From a virus, in IMG/VR virus record IMGVR_UViG_3300042545_001167, positions 32,001 to 96,000 of that record: a stretch of DNA of 64,000 nucleotides, one strand, 5' to 3'. Within the stretch, counting starts at the first letter, position 1; every line of letters begins with the position of its first letter. Positions 55,681 to 64,000 of the stretch are shown here, one piece after another. Below the pieces are notes generated by a model. It was not told where the DNA came from. It saw only the letters and a list, made by a program, of their open reading frames with translations, and did not search any database. A program made the translations under genes and the position numbers.

Positions 55681-56407
55681 AATAAACTTTAAATTGATGA
55701 ACTAATGGATTGGGTTTTGAGTGCCAGTTTGCGTCTCTATTACACTCTATAATTTCAGGATTAAATGTTTCTTCTTCTCCTACAAGTGCGAATAGAGTTG
55801 GGAGTAATAAATCATGAGCAAACATTGCATAATACTCCATTGATAACCTATCAAGGATTGTTATATCAGATTTTAGCACATTAAGTGCTTTAAGGAAAGT
55901 CTTTGTTTCAAAGATTGCAGGAGTTGCCCCCCAACAATCTATAACTTTCGATTTACCAACTGATGATAAAACTTTTTTAAATCCTTCAGGAAGACCACTA
56001 TTAATTCTAGATCCTAATAACTTTACTCCTTTAGGAATAGTAAGTTTTCCTCTCACTAAGGCATCTGGGTCTAACATTAGAATATAATCAGTTTTGCAAT
56101 ATTCTATTGCTCTTTCCAATCTATCCAAAACTGCGAGAGCACATTTTTTAATTGCTGTCTGATTTTCCTCTTCCCTAAAATTACCAGTTACTTGGTCACC
56201 AGTAATTTTAAATGTAGCAGACATTGTATCCTCTTCTAAAGATACAAATATATTACCATCAGACTCTTTTAAATAAGAAAAATCCAATCCCCCATCAGAT
56301 ACAAGATAGATTGGAGAATCTGGATAGTACTTTCTTAATTCAGATAGAGAATATTCTACCGCTTTCTTTTCGGTATAACAACTATAAAAAAATCCAAGAC
56401 TACTCAT
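55673..56407 (-). CDS. Putative GT-A glycosyltransferase
   Basis: LVSDGG, LDPD; cluster context. Confidence 0.5.
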   Translation of the reverse strand: MSSLGFFYSCYTEKKAVEYSLSELRKYYPDSPIYLVSDGGLDFSYLKESDGNIFVSLEEDTMSATFKITGDQVTGNFREEENQTAIKKCALAVLDRLERAIEYCKTDYILMLDPDALVRGKLTIPKGVKLLGSRINSGLPEGFKKVLSSVGKSKVIDCWGATPAIFETKTFLKALNVLKSDITILDRLSMEYYAMFAHDLLLPTLFALVGEEETFNPEIIECNRDANWHSKPNPLVHQFKVYYE

Positions 56408-56409
56408 AA

Positions 56410-57375
56410 CTAAAGAATTGATAATAAACTATGTATTCTGTTGATGTAAGTATGATTTTCTTTAACATACTGCATACCTTTTAAAATGAGGTCATAATTT
56501 TCTTTGTTAGAAATTCCGTCATAGAAAAGTTGTTCAGTATCTTGATTATAGATACAATTTCCATCAAGTTCTTCATAGAGTGCTTTTGAATTTGTTAAAC
56601 CAAGATGTCCATAACTGATATTCTTAAATAATCTACAAGTTAAAAGACCTTGCTTCAAATGCTGCGGTCCACGAATATCAATACCTAGAAGAGATTTTTT
56701 TGCTCTAGTAATAACTTCCTCAGTGGAAAGTGGATTTGCCCAAGGGTCATTATGCACAAATCCAATATTATTTTCCTGACACGCTTTTATAAAAGGAATA
56801 AAGTTGGAATAGTTTTCACAAACTCCATGGCCAGAAATTGTACCAGAGTAATATATTACATTTTCTCTTTCTAACCGAATATCATTTTCATTAAACTCGT
56901 CAGGAAGAAGATTGGTTGCCCAACTAATATAAACCTTATCATAATCATCCATTTCATAATCAACATAATCGTTGTTGACTCTTACTTTTCTTGATTGCTT
57001 AGGGTCAAAATAGCAGGCAGGTCCAAGTTTGATTGCCTTTGTTTTGTCTAAAGAATATTCTTGAATATGATCCTTAAAATTGACAGCAGACATCCTAATA
57101 TCAACATACCTCTCCGCATTTTGATATTTAATCGGAGAAGGGCAATACATTATAAAGTAGCAACTAGTATCATTGATTGGAATATTTTTATCAGCAAACC
57201 CCTCTCCAATAAACAAAGAATTGCTGTAATCAAAGTCTTCTGGATAATCTCCATCGTGGAACCAATATACATCATATCCAAGATGTTTAAATGCCTTATA
57301 GTAAGCATCATGAACATATGAATGTGTATGGGAATAAAGAGGATGTCCCCAAATAATCACCTTAGAATACTTCAT
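56410..57375 (-). CDS. Putative glycosyltransferase (CgeB-like C-terminus)
   Basis: AFKHLGYDV, CRLFKNISYG, VKENHTYINR. Confidence 0.5.
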   Translation of the reverse strand: MKYSKVIIWGHPLYSHTHSYVHDAYYKAFKHLGYDVYWFHDGDYPEDFDYSNSLFIGEGFADKNIPINDTSCYFIMYCPSPIKYQNAERYVDIRMSAVNFKDHIQEYSLDKTKAIKLGPACYFDPKQSRKVRVNNDYVDYEMDDYDKVYISWATNLLPDEFNENDIRLERENVIYYSGTISGHGVCENYSNFIPFIKACQENNIGFVHNDPWANPLSTEEVITRAKKSLLGIDIRGPQHLKQGLLTCRLFKNISYGHLGLTNSKALYEELDGNCIYNQDTEQLFYDGISNKENYDLILKGMQYVKENHTYINRIHSLLSIL

Positions 57376-58307
57376 TTTAAACTATCATAACAAGTATTTT
57401 CAGTAAACCACTGATAAGTTTTAACGAGTCCCGAAAGAAGACTATGCTTTGGTTTCCATCCAAGTTCAGACATCTTTGAATAATCTAAGGGACGATTAGG
57501 AGTTCCATTTGGACGGGAAGAATCCCAATTAATTACACCACTATACCCAACAACCGCTGCAACAGTTTCTGCAAGTTCTTTGATACTTACATTATATCCA
57601 GAACCAATATTAATCAGCTCAGCATTTTCAAATTTATCCATTGCAAACAAACACGCATCTGCAAGGTCATCAGAATAAAGAAATTCCCGCATAGGAGTTC
57701 CATCACCCCAAAAAGTCACATTCTTTCCATTAGAATTATTAAACTTAGTCATCATCGCAGGAATTACATGCCCATTTTCTGGATGGAAATTGTCACCAGG
57801 ACCATACAGATTTGAAGGCATAAGAGATACCGATTTAAATCCATACTGCTTACGATATGCCTGGAGCATTTTAATTCCAGAAATCTTAGCAACAGCATAC
57901 GCATCATTAGTAGGTTCAAGGTATCCAGTAAGAAGAGATTCTTCTTTTACAGGAACTTCTGCATACTTAGGATAGATACAAACTGACCCAAGAAACAAAA
58001 ACTTCTCTACACCATATTTCCAAGAACTGTGAATCAAATTAGTTTGTATTTGAATATTCTCGTAGATAAAATCCCCAGAGAATGTATCATTTGCATAGAT
58101 TCCACCTACACGAGCAGCAGCATCAAAGACATATTCCGGTTTTTCTTTTTCAAAGAAATTCGCAACATCTTGTTGATTGAGAAGATCAAGTTCCTGACGA
58201 GTTTTTGTAATGATATTCGCATACCCACGATCCTTAAGGGCTCTGACAATAGAGGAACCAACAAGACCTCTATGCCCAGCTACAAATATTTTAGAGTCTT
58301 TTTTCAT
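57372..58307 (-). CDS. fcl: GDP-L-fucose synthase
   Basis: AGHRGLVGS, AAARVGGI, YAVAK, NLYGPGDNF, REFL. Confidence 0.93.
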   Translation of the reverse strand: MKKDSKIFVAGHRGLVGSSIVRALKDRGYANIITKTRQELDLLNQQDVANFFEKEKPEYVFDAAARVGGIYANDTFSGDFIYENIQIQTNLIHSSWKYGVEKFLFLGSVCIYPKYAEVPVKEESLLTGYLEPTNDAYAVAKISGIKMLQAYRKQYGFKSVSLMPSNLYGPGDNFHPENGHVIPAMMTKFNNSNGKNVTFWGDGTPMREFLYSDDLADACLFAMDKFENAELINIGSGYNVSIKELAETVAAVVGYSGVINWDSSRPNGTPNRPLDYSKMSELGWKPKHSLLSGLVKTYQWFTENTCYDSLK

Positions 58308-58311
58308 AACA

Positions 58312-59550
58312 TCAAGGAATTACAACTTCAGGATTGGGGAGAGGGAACAGTAATTTTTTGCCTTTAAACTTTGGATTGTTGACGAAGAAGTTTTTAAAGT
58401 GCCAAGGAAGAATCACAAAGACATCATACTCATCAATTACAGAATCTTCACTCTTAATAGGAATCCAAGTTCCTGGAGTAAATGATCCATCTTTATCAGG
58501 ATTAACATCACCAACAACTTCAATAAATTTCGAAGTAATTTCCCAAGTTTGAAGAGTTACATTACCCTTAGTGCTTGCTCCAAGAGCAGCAATTTTAAGA
58601 CCATCTTCTTTAAACTGGCGAATCAGATTCCAAAATCTAACTTTACACTCATCAATACGGAAAGAAAAATCTTGCCAAGGTTGAGTTGTATCAAGTTTAA
58701 GATCAAGTTCTTCTTGCACCAAATCATTAACTTTAATAGTTGCTTCATCATACTTACTATTCTTATTAGCAACTACAACAGAAATACTTCCACCATTTAC
58801 ATCATTAAATTCAAAATCAATAATTTTTAAGTCTGCACTATCCATAATGTATTTTAGTTGCCTCATTCCATAATAGGAAAGATGCTCGTGACATACGGTG
58901 TCGAAGGAATTGGCACGAATCATCTCTGGCATATAACTCTGCTCAAGAACCCAGATACCTTCATTTGGATCTAGAACTGAATTAACTTCTCTTGCAAATT
59001 GACAAGGATCTTCCAAGTCATAGAACATTGAGAATGAAGTTACTAGTTTTGCTTTTTCTTCACCGAAGTAAGTTCTATAAGTTTTTTCTGTAAAGAAATC
59101 TGCAATGTAATCTACATGCTCTTTATAATATTTCGAAAACTTCTTAGCAGTAGGGTCAATGCTAACAAGTTTTAGTTCTGGAGAAAAGAATCCTAGAAAT
59201 GTTCCGTCATTTCCTGCAATGTCAATTACAAGGTCCCTTTTTTTCAAATCAAGGAAATTGACAATCTTTTCATACTTTCCTTGAAGATGCTTCACCATGC
59301 TGGCATTTAGGCCAGAACGGTATCCATATTCTTGCCCATACATTGTAGGCAAGTCAAAGGTATGCTCCAATTGAACATGTCCACAACCACCTGTTGTTTC
59401 GTTGCATTTAACAAGTTTTAGTGGACCCCGATACATTTCAACATCCACAGTCTTAGGGAAAATCCCTGACAAGTATTGATTACCTAAATCCAAAACTGTG
59501 ACAAGATGCTCATTGCCACATACTCGACATTTTTCAATTTTATAAAACAT
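58312..59550 (-). CDS. NDP-sugar C-methyltransferase-like protein
   Basis: CRVC Zn site, YGYRS, DIAGNDG, HEHLSYY, GASTKGN, LPWHF. Confidence 0.8.
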   Translation of the reverse strand: MFYKIEKCRVCGNEHLVTVLDLGNQYLSGIFPKTVDVEMYRGPLKLVKCNETTGGCGHVQLEHTFDLPTMYGQEYGYRSGLNASMVKHLQGKYEKIVNFLDLKKRDLVIDIAGNDGTFLGFFSPELKLVSIDPTAKKFSKYYKEHVDYIADFFTEKTYRTYFGEEKAKLVTSFSMFYDLEDPCQFAREVNSVLDPNEGIWVLEQSYMPEMIRANSFDTVCHEHLSYYGMRQLKYIMDSADLKIIDFEFNDVNGGSISVVVANKNSKYDEATIKVNDLVQEELDLKLDTTQPWQDFSFRIDECKVRFWNLIRQFKEDGLKIAALGASTKGNVTLQTWEITSKFIEVVGDVNPDKDGSFTPGTWIPIKSEDSVIDEYDVFVILPWHFKNFFVNNPKFKGKKLLFPLPNPEVVIP

Positions 59551-59551
59551 A

Positions 59552-60553
59552 TCAGTGCTCATTGATACACATATCCTCAACTAATTGTTTAAATGAAGTC
59601 TTAGGTTTCCAACCCAGTTTCTCCTTTGCCTTAGAGGCATCACCCAATAAAGTTTCAACTTCAGAAGGGCGGAAATATTTAGGATTTACACGAATGACCT
59701 CATTTCCAGTGAATACATCATATCCAACCTCATCCAATTCTTCACCTCTCCATGTAATTTGCATTCCAAAATAAGGTGCTGCTTCATCAATAAAATCACG
59801 AACAGAATATTGCTCACCCGTAGAAATAACAAAGTCATCTGGAGAATCTTGCTGTAGCATCATCCACATTGCTTCCACAAAATCTTTGGCATGACCCCAA
59901 TCACGCCTTGCATTTAGATTGCCAAGATGAAGAATATTTTGTTTTCCCTCAGATATTGCTTTCAGACCTCTAGTGATTTTACGAGTTACAAAAGTTTCAC
60001 CCCGTCGTGGAGATTCGTGATTGAAAAGAATACCAGTGCAAGCATACATTCCATAAGACTCCCGATAGTTCTTTGTAATCCAGTATCCATAGAGTTTCGC
60101 TACCCCATAAGGAGAACGGGGATAAAAAGGAGTAGTTTCGCGTTGAGGAGTTTCTTGAACCAATCCATAAAGTTCACTTGTAGATGCCTGGTAAATGCGT
60201 ACACGCTCTTCCATGCCCAGGAGACGCACTGCTTCAAGAATACGGAGAGTTCCCATGCCATCCACATCAGCAGTGTATTCAGGCATCTCAAAGGATACTT
60301 TGACATGACTTTGAGCACCAAGATTATAAATTTCATCGGGTTGTACTTTTTGAATAACTCTTACTATATTAGTAGAATCTGTTAGATCTCCATAGTGAAG
60401 ATGCAACCTATTGTAAATATGATCAATTCTATGAGTATTAATTAAGGAAGATCTCCTAATAATACCATGAACCTCATATCCTTTTTCCAAAAGAAGTTCT
60501 GCAAGATAAGATCCATCTTGCCCAGTAATACCTGTAATTAATGCTTTCTTCAT
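59552..60553 (-). CDS. gmd: GDP-mannose 4,6-dehydratase
   Basis: [37 protein letters not shown]. Confidence 0.96.
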   Translation of the reverse strand: MKKALITGITGQDGSYLAELLLEKGYEVHGIIRRSSLINTHRIDHIYNRLHLHYGDLTDSTNIVRVIQKVQPDEIYNLGAQSHVKVSFEMPEYTADVDGMGTLRILEAVRLLGMEERVRIYQASTSELYGLVQETPQRETTPFYPRSPYGVAKLYGYWITKNYRESYGMYACTGILFNHESPRRGETFVTRKITRGLKAISEGKQNILHLGNLNARRDWGHAKDFVEAMWMMLQQDSPDDFVISTGEQYSVRDFIDEAAPYFGMQITWRGEELDEVGYDVFTGNEVIRVNPKYFRPSEVETLLGDASKAKEKLGWKPKTSFKQLVEDMCINEH

Positions 60554-61293
60554 CCGTGATATACCATTAAGTCAATTAATAAAGGTTTAATTTTATTGTT
60601 TTGTATGTGATGTTTAATTAACAATTCATTACACCACCAACCATCAATTTCATTTGATTGTTTTACCAATTGCCCAATGTGGTTATATACTCCACAAAAA
60701 ACATTCATAGAATTATTAGTTCCAATTGCAAACCAATCACTATACATTCCATAGGATAGTCTAGAATCGTGACATATTAATGTGTCATCGTCCAAATTAA
60801 TAGCATCAAAATTAATAACTCCATAAGGAGAAAAATCCATTCTGCTACGAATTACTAAATCATATTCAATATCATTCGAAACTGAATATTGTTCTTTTAG
60901 TAGATTAGACATCATTATACTATAGAACATACTATTTGTCATATCACTAAGGTATCCTTTAGCAACATCCAAACCCTGTTCCACATCTAATGCCCAACTA
61001 GGTCCATCAACAAAGCATTTATCTGGAAAGTGATATTTTCTTTTCCAAGTTTTTGGTTTTTCAATATAAATCTGCTTTGGATTATAGTACTGAGCAATTT
61101 TTTCTATTGCATCAGCAGAGAGAGTTTTTCCTACTCTATCAGGAATAACTGAGTTTGTACTCAGATTGTTTGGATCAAACCAGGTATGAACAAAAACATC
61201 GACATCGTTACCATCCAATATTGCCTGTTTTATTTTTGGGAAAGTAACATCAATATCTCTTGGTTGTCCAGATAAACACAATGCAATTTTCAT
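60550..61293 (-). CDS. Hypothetical glycan-related protein
   Basis: [28 protein letters not shown]. Confidence 0.55.
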   Translation of the reverse strand: MKIALCLSGQPRDIDVTFPKIKQAILDGNDVDVFVHTWFDPNNLSTNSVIPDRVGKTLSADAIEKIAQYYNPKQIYIEKPKTWKRKYHFPDKCFVDGPSWALDVEQGLDVAKGYLSDMTNSMFYSIMMSNLLKEQYSVSNDIEYDLVIRSRMDFSPYGVINFDAINLDDDTLICHDSRLSYGMYSDWFAIGTNNSMNVFCGVYNHIGQLVKQSNEIDGWWCNELLIKHHIQNNKIKPLLIDLMVYHG

Positions 61294-62078
61294 CAGTATC
61301 CCTCCTCATCCCATCCCTCATAAAGAGGATCATAGGGTAAACAATAAATGTTATTCTTTGGCCAAATAAAATCAACTCCCCTTCTTGGAAATGATTTAAA
61401 TGCCTTTTGCATTACTTCTTTGCTTATAATTTTTGCTTCTTGCCAGTTAGGTGCATTATCATAAAGATATTGTTCTTGATTTTCTACCATTTTCTTAACT
61501 CTATCATCAAACCTACTGCAATAGTATGCTCCAATATAAGTTTCTGGGCGAGTTAATAAATGCATGTAACTGGCGGCGTTGCTTCTATCAACACCAAGTT
61601 TTTGACACAAATCATTTACTTCAAATGGGATATCAAAAAGATTAATCATATCTTCTTTATATCCCCAGAACACATGGTCTCTTGGATGAAATAGAAAAGA
61701 AAAATAATCTCCACAAATAAAAATTTTTTCTTTCTTCTTGTTGCCAATGAAATAATCAAACATATTCAACATACCTTGATGATTGAATTTTTGATCACTT
61801 CGCATCTTTCCAACCAAATTAGAAGAAGATGCTTTAACTCCAGCAAGAGATGTAATAAGTTGTAAGTTGATATTCATAACTCCAGAATATGGAGGATATT
61901 CACTATTCCTTATATAACTTACTCTATTAGATTGGTATTCAGTTTTCTTATCATTTTCCCAACAAGAAACAATAATATTATCTACAAAATTAAGTTGCAA
62001 ATAAGAGTCAATAATTTCATCAGTAAAATCTGTATATGGACCCTGAAGTACCAAATCCATTTTTTCTTTTGATGTCAT
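61293..62078 (-). CDS. WavE-like LPS synthesis protein
   Basis: VLQGP, IIVSCW, NINLQ..TSLAG, KMRSD, FHPRDH. Confidence 0.65.
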   Translation of the reverse strand: MTSKEKMDLVLQGPYTDFTDEIIDSYLQLNFVDNIIVSCWENDKKTEYQSNRVSYIRNSEYPPYSGVMNINLQLITSLAGVKASSSNLVGKMRSDQKFNHQGMLNMFDYFIGNKKKEKIFICGDYFSFLFHPRDHVFWGYKEDMINLFDIPFEVNDLCQKLGVDRSNAASYMHLLTRPETYIGAYYCSRFDDRVKKMVENQEQYLYDNAPNWQEAKIISKEVMQKAFKSFPRRGVDFIWPKNNIYCLPYDPLYEGWDEEGY

Positions 62079-62509
62079 AACAGAGAAGGATAATCAGTAC
62101 AAATTGCGTAAGGAACTCCATTTAAAGACTTATCAAGAGAACTATCATCAAGTAATGGAATGATAGTATTTTCATCAATTTGCATATCTAAATCATGTAA
62201 CCATATCTTTCCAGTTGAGGTGTAAATAAAAGGATCTTGAGTGTGGCAGAATGACTGATATTGCCAACATTCTTTTGCGGATTCTAGATTTTTACAATGC
62301 AACCAAAGACAATCTCTGCGTTTTTCTAACCAGGTATGTTCAACTTTATATTGAGGTTCATCATGTCCCAACCAAAGTTCTCCATTAATTGAGCGAATAT
62401 CAATCTCAACATCATACCCATTGCCAATGGCACAATCAATATAACTTGGACGATTTTCTTGATTTGAGATTATGCCTCTAATATTACCTCTATGAGAAAT
62501 AATTTTCAC
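62075..62509 (-). CDS. Small phosphodiesterase-like (GDPD/PLC fold) protein
   Basis: ISHRGN, EN, DVEIDI, GHD, ICTD. Confidence 0.6.
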   Translation of the reverse strand: MKIISHRGNIRGIISNQENRPSYIDCAIGNGYDVEIDIRSINGELWLGHDEPQYKVEHTWLEKRRDCLWLHCKNLESAKECWQYQSFCHTQDPFIYTSTGKIWLHDLDMQIDENTIIPLLDDSSLDKSLNGVPYAICTDYPSLL

Positions 62510-62817
62510 AATTCTTCAATCCTCAACGATTTGTCTTCAATAAAAAGATCATAGAAGGGTTTATTAACCTTCAGTTCATGATATTTTGCACCCCACTCTT
62601 CAAGTTGCTTTTTTGTCAACTCTGTCCAGTCAATTTGTTTACGACTACCACGAGCAGTCCAATAAACAATAGTATGACCTTCATCATACAGATTGTTAAT
62701 CTTTTCTATGTTTTCTAGAATTGGTTTTGCTTTAGTATAATCATGGGTCGTACCAAAATCAACACAAGTTTCTCTATGACAAATAGTTTCATCAATATCA
62801 ACATAAATGACTTTCAT
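62506..62817 (-). CDS. HAD-family capsule-biosynthesis phosphatase-like protein
   Basis: DIDETI, WTARG, KP, EDK. Confidence 0.75.
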   Translation of the reverse strand: MKVIYVDIDETICHRETCVDFGTTHDYTKAKPILENIEKINNLYDEGHTIVYWTARGSRKQIDWTELTKKQLEEWGAKYHELKVNKPFYDLFIEDKSLRIEEL

Positions 62818-63494
62818 TGATACATATCTCTCCTATAGTTTTCATTGGGGCAAGTATCAACTGCAGCAACCTCTTGTTTGGTGAGAAACTTAACTCCCCC
62901 CAATAACTTTGCACCAATAAAAATCTCTGCAGATTTTTCACACATCAAAGTAGAAGCTGCACAATCTTTTTGAGATGCAGATGCTGATATTATACCGTGA
63001 TTCTGCAACAAAATCAACTTAGGAAAATATCCCTCAGTATCTACAAACTTTGAAACATGCTCATCAACTAACTTTAGAATTGCTTCACCGGGAGGAGCAT
63101 AAGGAACAACACACGACTTGATTCCATTTCTTACAATCTGGTCAGGAAACCATCTATGATCTGCAAAATCATAAATTTCTTCTGAGCAAAGAATTTTTGT
63201 CGTGTGTGGTGGATGAGTATGAGAGATGAAATTAATCTCAGGAAATGTTTTCATAATCCAAGCATGAAAAGAAGTTTCAATACTTGGTTTTTTGTGGAGT
63301 AATTCTATTTGTGCTCCGTTAGTATTACATAAAGTTAAGTCTTCTTCTGATAAAGTATGAAGACTTGTTCCACTTGCTTTAATCAAAAAGGTGTCTTCAC
63401 TTTGCCTAACTGAAACATTTCCTTCTCCACAGATAGTAAAAGGACTTACAGTGTGTGCAAGAGATAATAGTTCATCAATTTGTGAAATAGTCAT
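62814..63494 (-). CDS. Class II aldolase/adducin family protein
   Basis: GEGNVSVR, PSIETSFH, HTHP, LQNHG. Confidence 0.85.
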   Translation of the reverse strand: MTISQIDELLSLAHTVSPFTICGEGNVSVRQSEDTFLIKASGTSLHTLSEEDLTLCNTNGAQIELLHKKPSIETSFHAWIMKTFPEINFISHTHPPHTTKILCSEEIYDFADHRWFPDQIVRNGIKSCVVPYAPPGEAILKLVDEHVSKFVDTEGYFPKLILLQNHGIISASASQKDCAASTLMCEKSAEIFIGAKLLGGVKFLTKQEVAAVDTCPNENYRRDMYQ

Positions 63495-64000
63495 TGTCGT
63501 AAGAATAAGGGTGCCAGTCTACTTTATTAAAAAATGTTTGCCAATATTGATAAGTTTTTAAATCATTAGGAGTTCCCCAACAGATATACTCATCAATCTC
63601 GAAGTTCTTTACAGTATAACCAAGTTTAATAGATTCATTAATAAGGTTATCAATATAAAACTCTCCATTAGTTTTAATATTTTTCTCGTAGAGTTTTTTC
63701 AAAGAACTTAGGTATATATTCTTATTGCGAAAGAACATCGTTCCAACTACTGCATATTCTTCAACAGGATTGTTTCCAATAAAATTCTTTACATCCACAC
63801 AACGCACATATCCATCACTATCAACATCCAACCAAGAATACATATTCGGATTATGATGACTTGTATAATTATTGCGATAACTCCAAATAATTACATCATT
63901 ATTTTCATCTTTGACTAGTTCGAGAAATTTATCCGAATCATAAAACATTCCATTGTCACATGCAGAGATAATAATTGATTTATCATCAACAATATTCACT
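63475..64000 (-). CDS. Sugar-phosphate nucleotidyltransferase-like protein, 5' end outside the window
   Basis: ACD, AVVG..FF, NGEFYID, WGTPNDL. Confidence 0.7.
   Translation of the reverse strand, partial: VNIVDDKSIIISACDNGMFYDSDKFLELVKDENNDVIIWSYRNNYTSHHNPNMYSWLDVDSDGYVRCVDVKNFIGNNPVEEYAVVGTMFFRNKNIYLSSLKKLYEKNIKTNGEFYIDNLINESIKLGYTVKNFEIDEYICWGTPNDLKTYQYWQTFFNKVDWHPYSYDNDYFTN

Overview
This window is a 64-kb AT-rich segment of a T4-like cyanomyovirus, probably infecting picocyanobacteria, with most genes on the minus strand. In order it holds: tail-fibre and virion structural genes; a Mom-like DNA modification gene and two tRNAs (Thr-UGU, Leu-UAA); a baseplate/tail module (gp5, hub, two lysozyme-bearing tail proteins, gp51, gp26, gp54-like, gp4, gp2, gp48, gp53) with cp12 embedded; replication and transcription genes (gp32, gp59, gp33, exonuclease, phoH, thyX); auxiliary metabolic genes (speD, glutaredoxin, gnd, talC, psbD, psbA, peroxiredoxin, two hli, pstS, an SLH porin); two free-standing endonucleases; an endolysin locus; and a 12-kb glycan-synthesis cluster. 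Four observations stand out. (1) A 1167-aa virion-type protein carries four tandem 125-aa Hint (intein-like) domains, separated mostly by extensin-like polyproline peptides, and lies tail-to-tail with a prolyl-hydroxylase-like 2OG-Fe(II) oxygenase. This is a candidate self-processing and hydroxyproline-modification system. (2) The endolysin lysozyme domain has no start codon of its own upstream of its catalytic residues, and appears reachable only through an A_AAA_AAG -1 frameshift followed by an H-type pseudoknot. (3) A T_TTT_TTC -1 frameshift would fuse gp26 to gp51. (4) Adjacent GT25/GT6/GT11 genes plus GDP-fucose synthesis genes resemble a blood-group-antigen pathway. All family assignments come from motif recognition by eye; no database searches were run.
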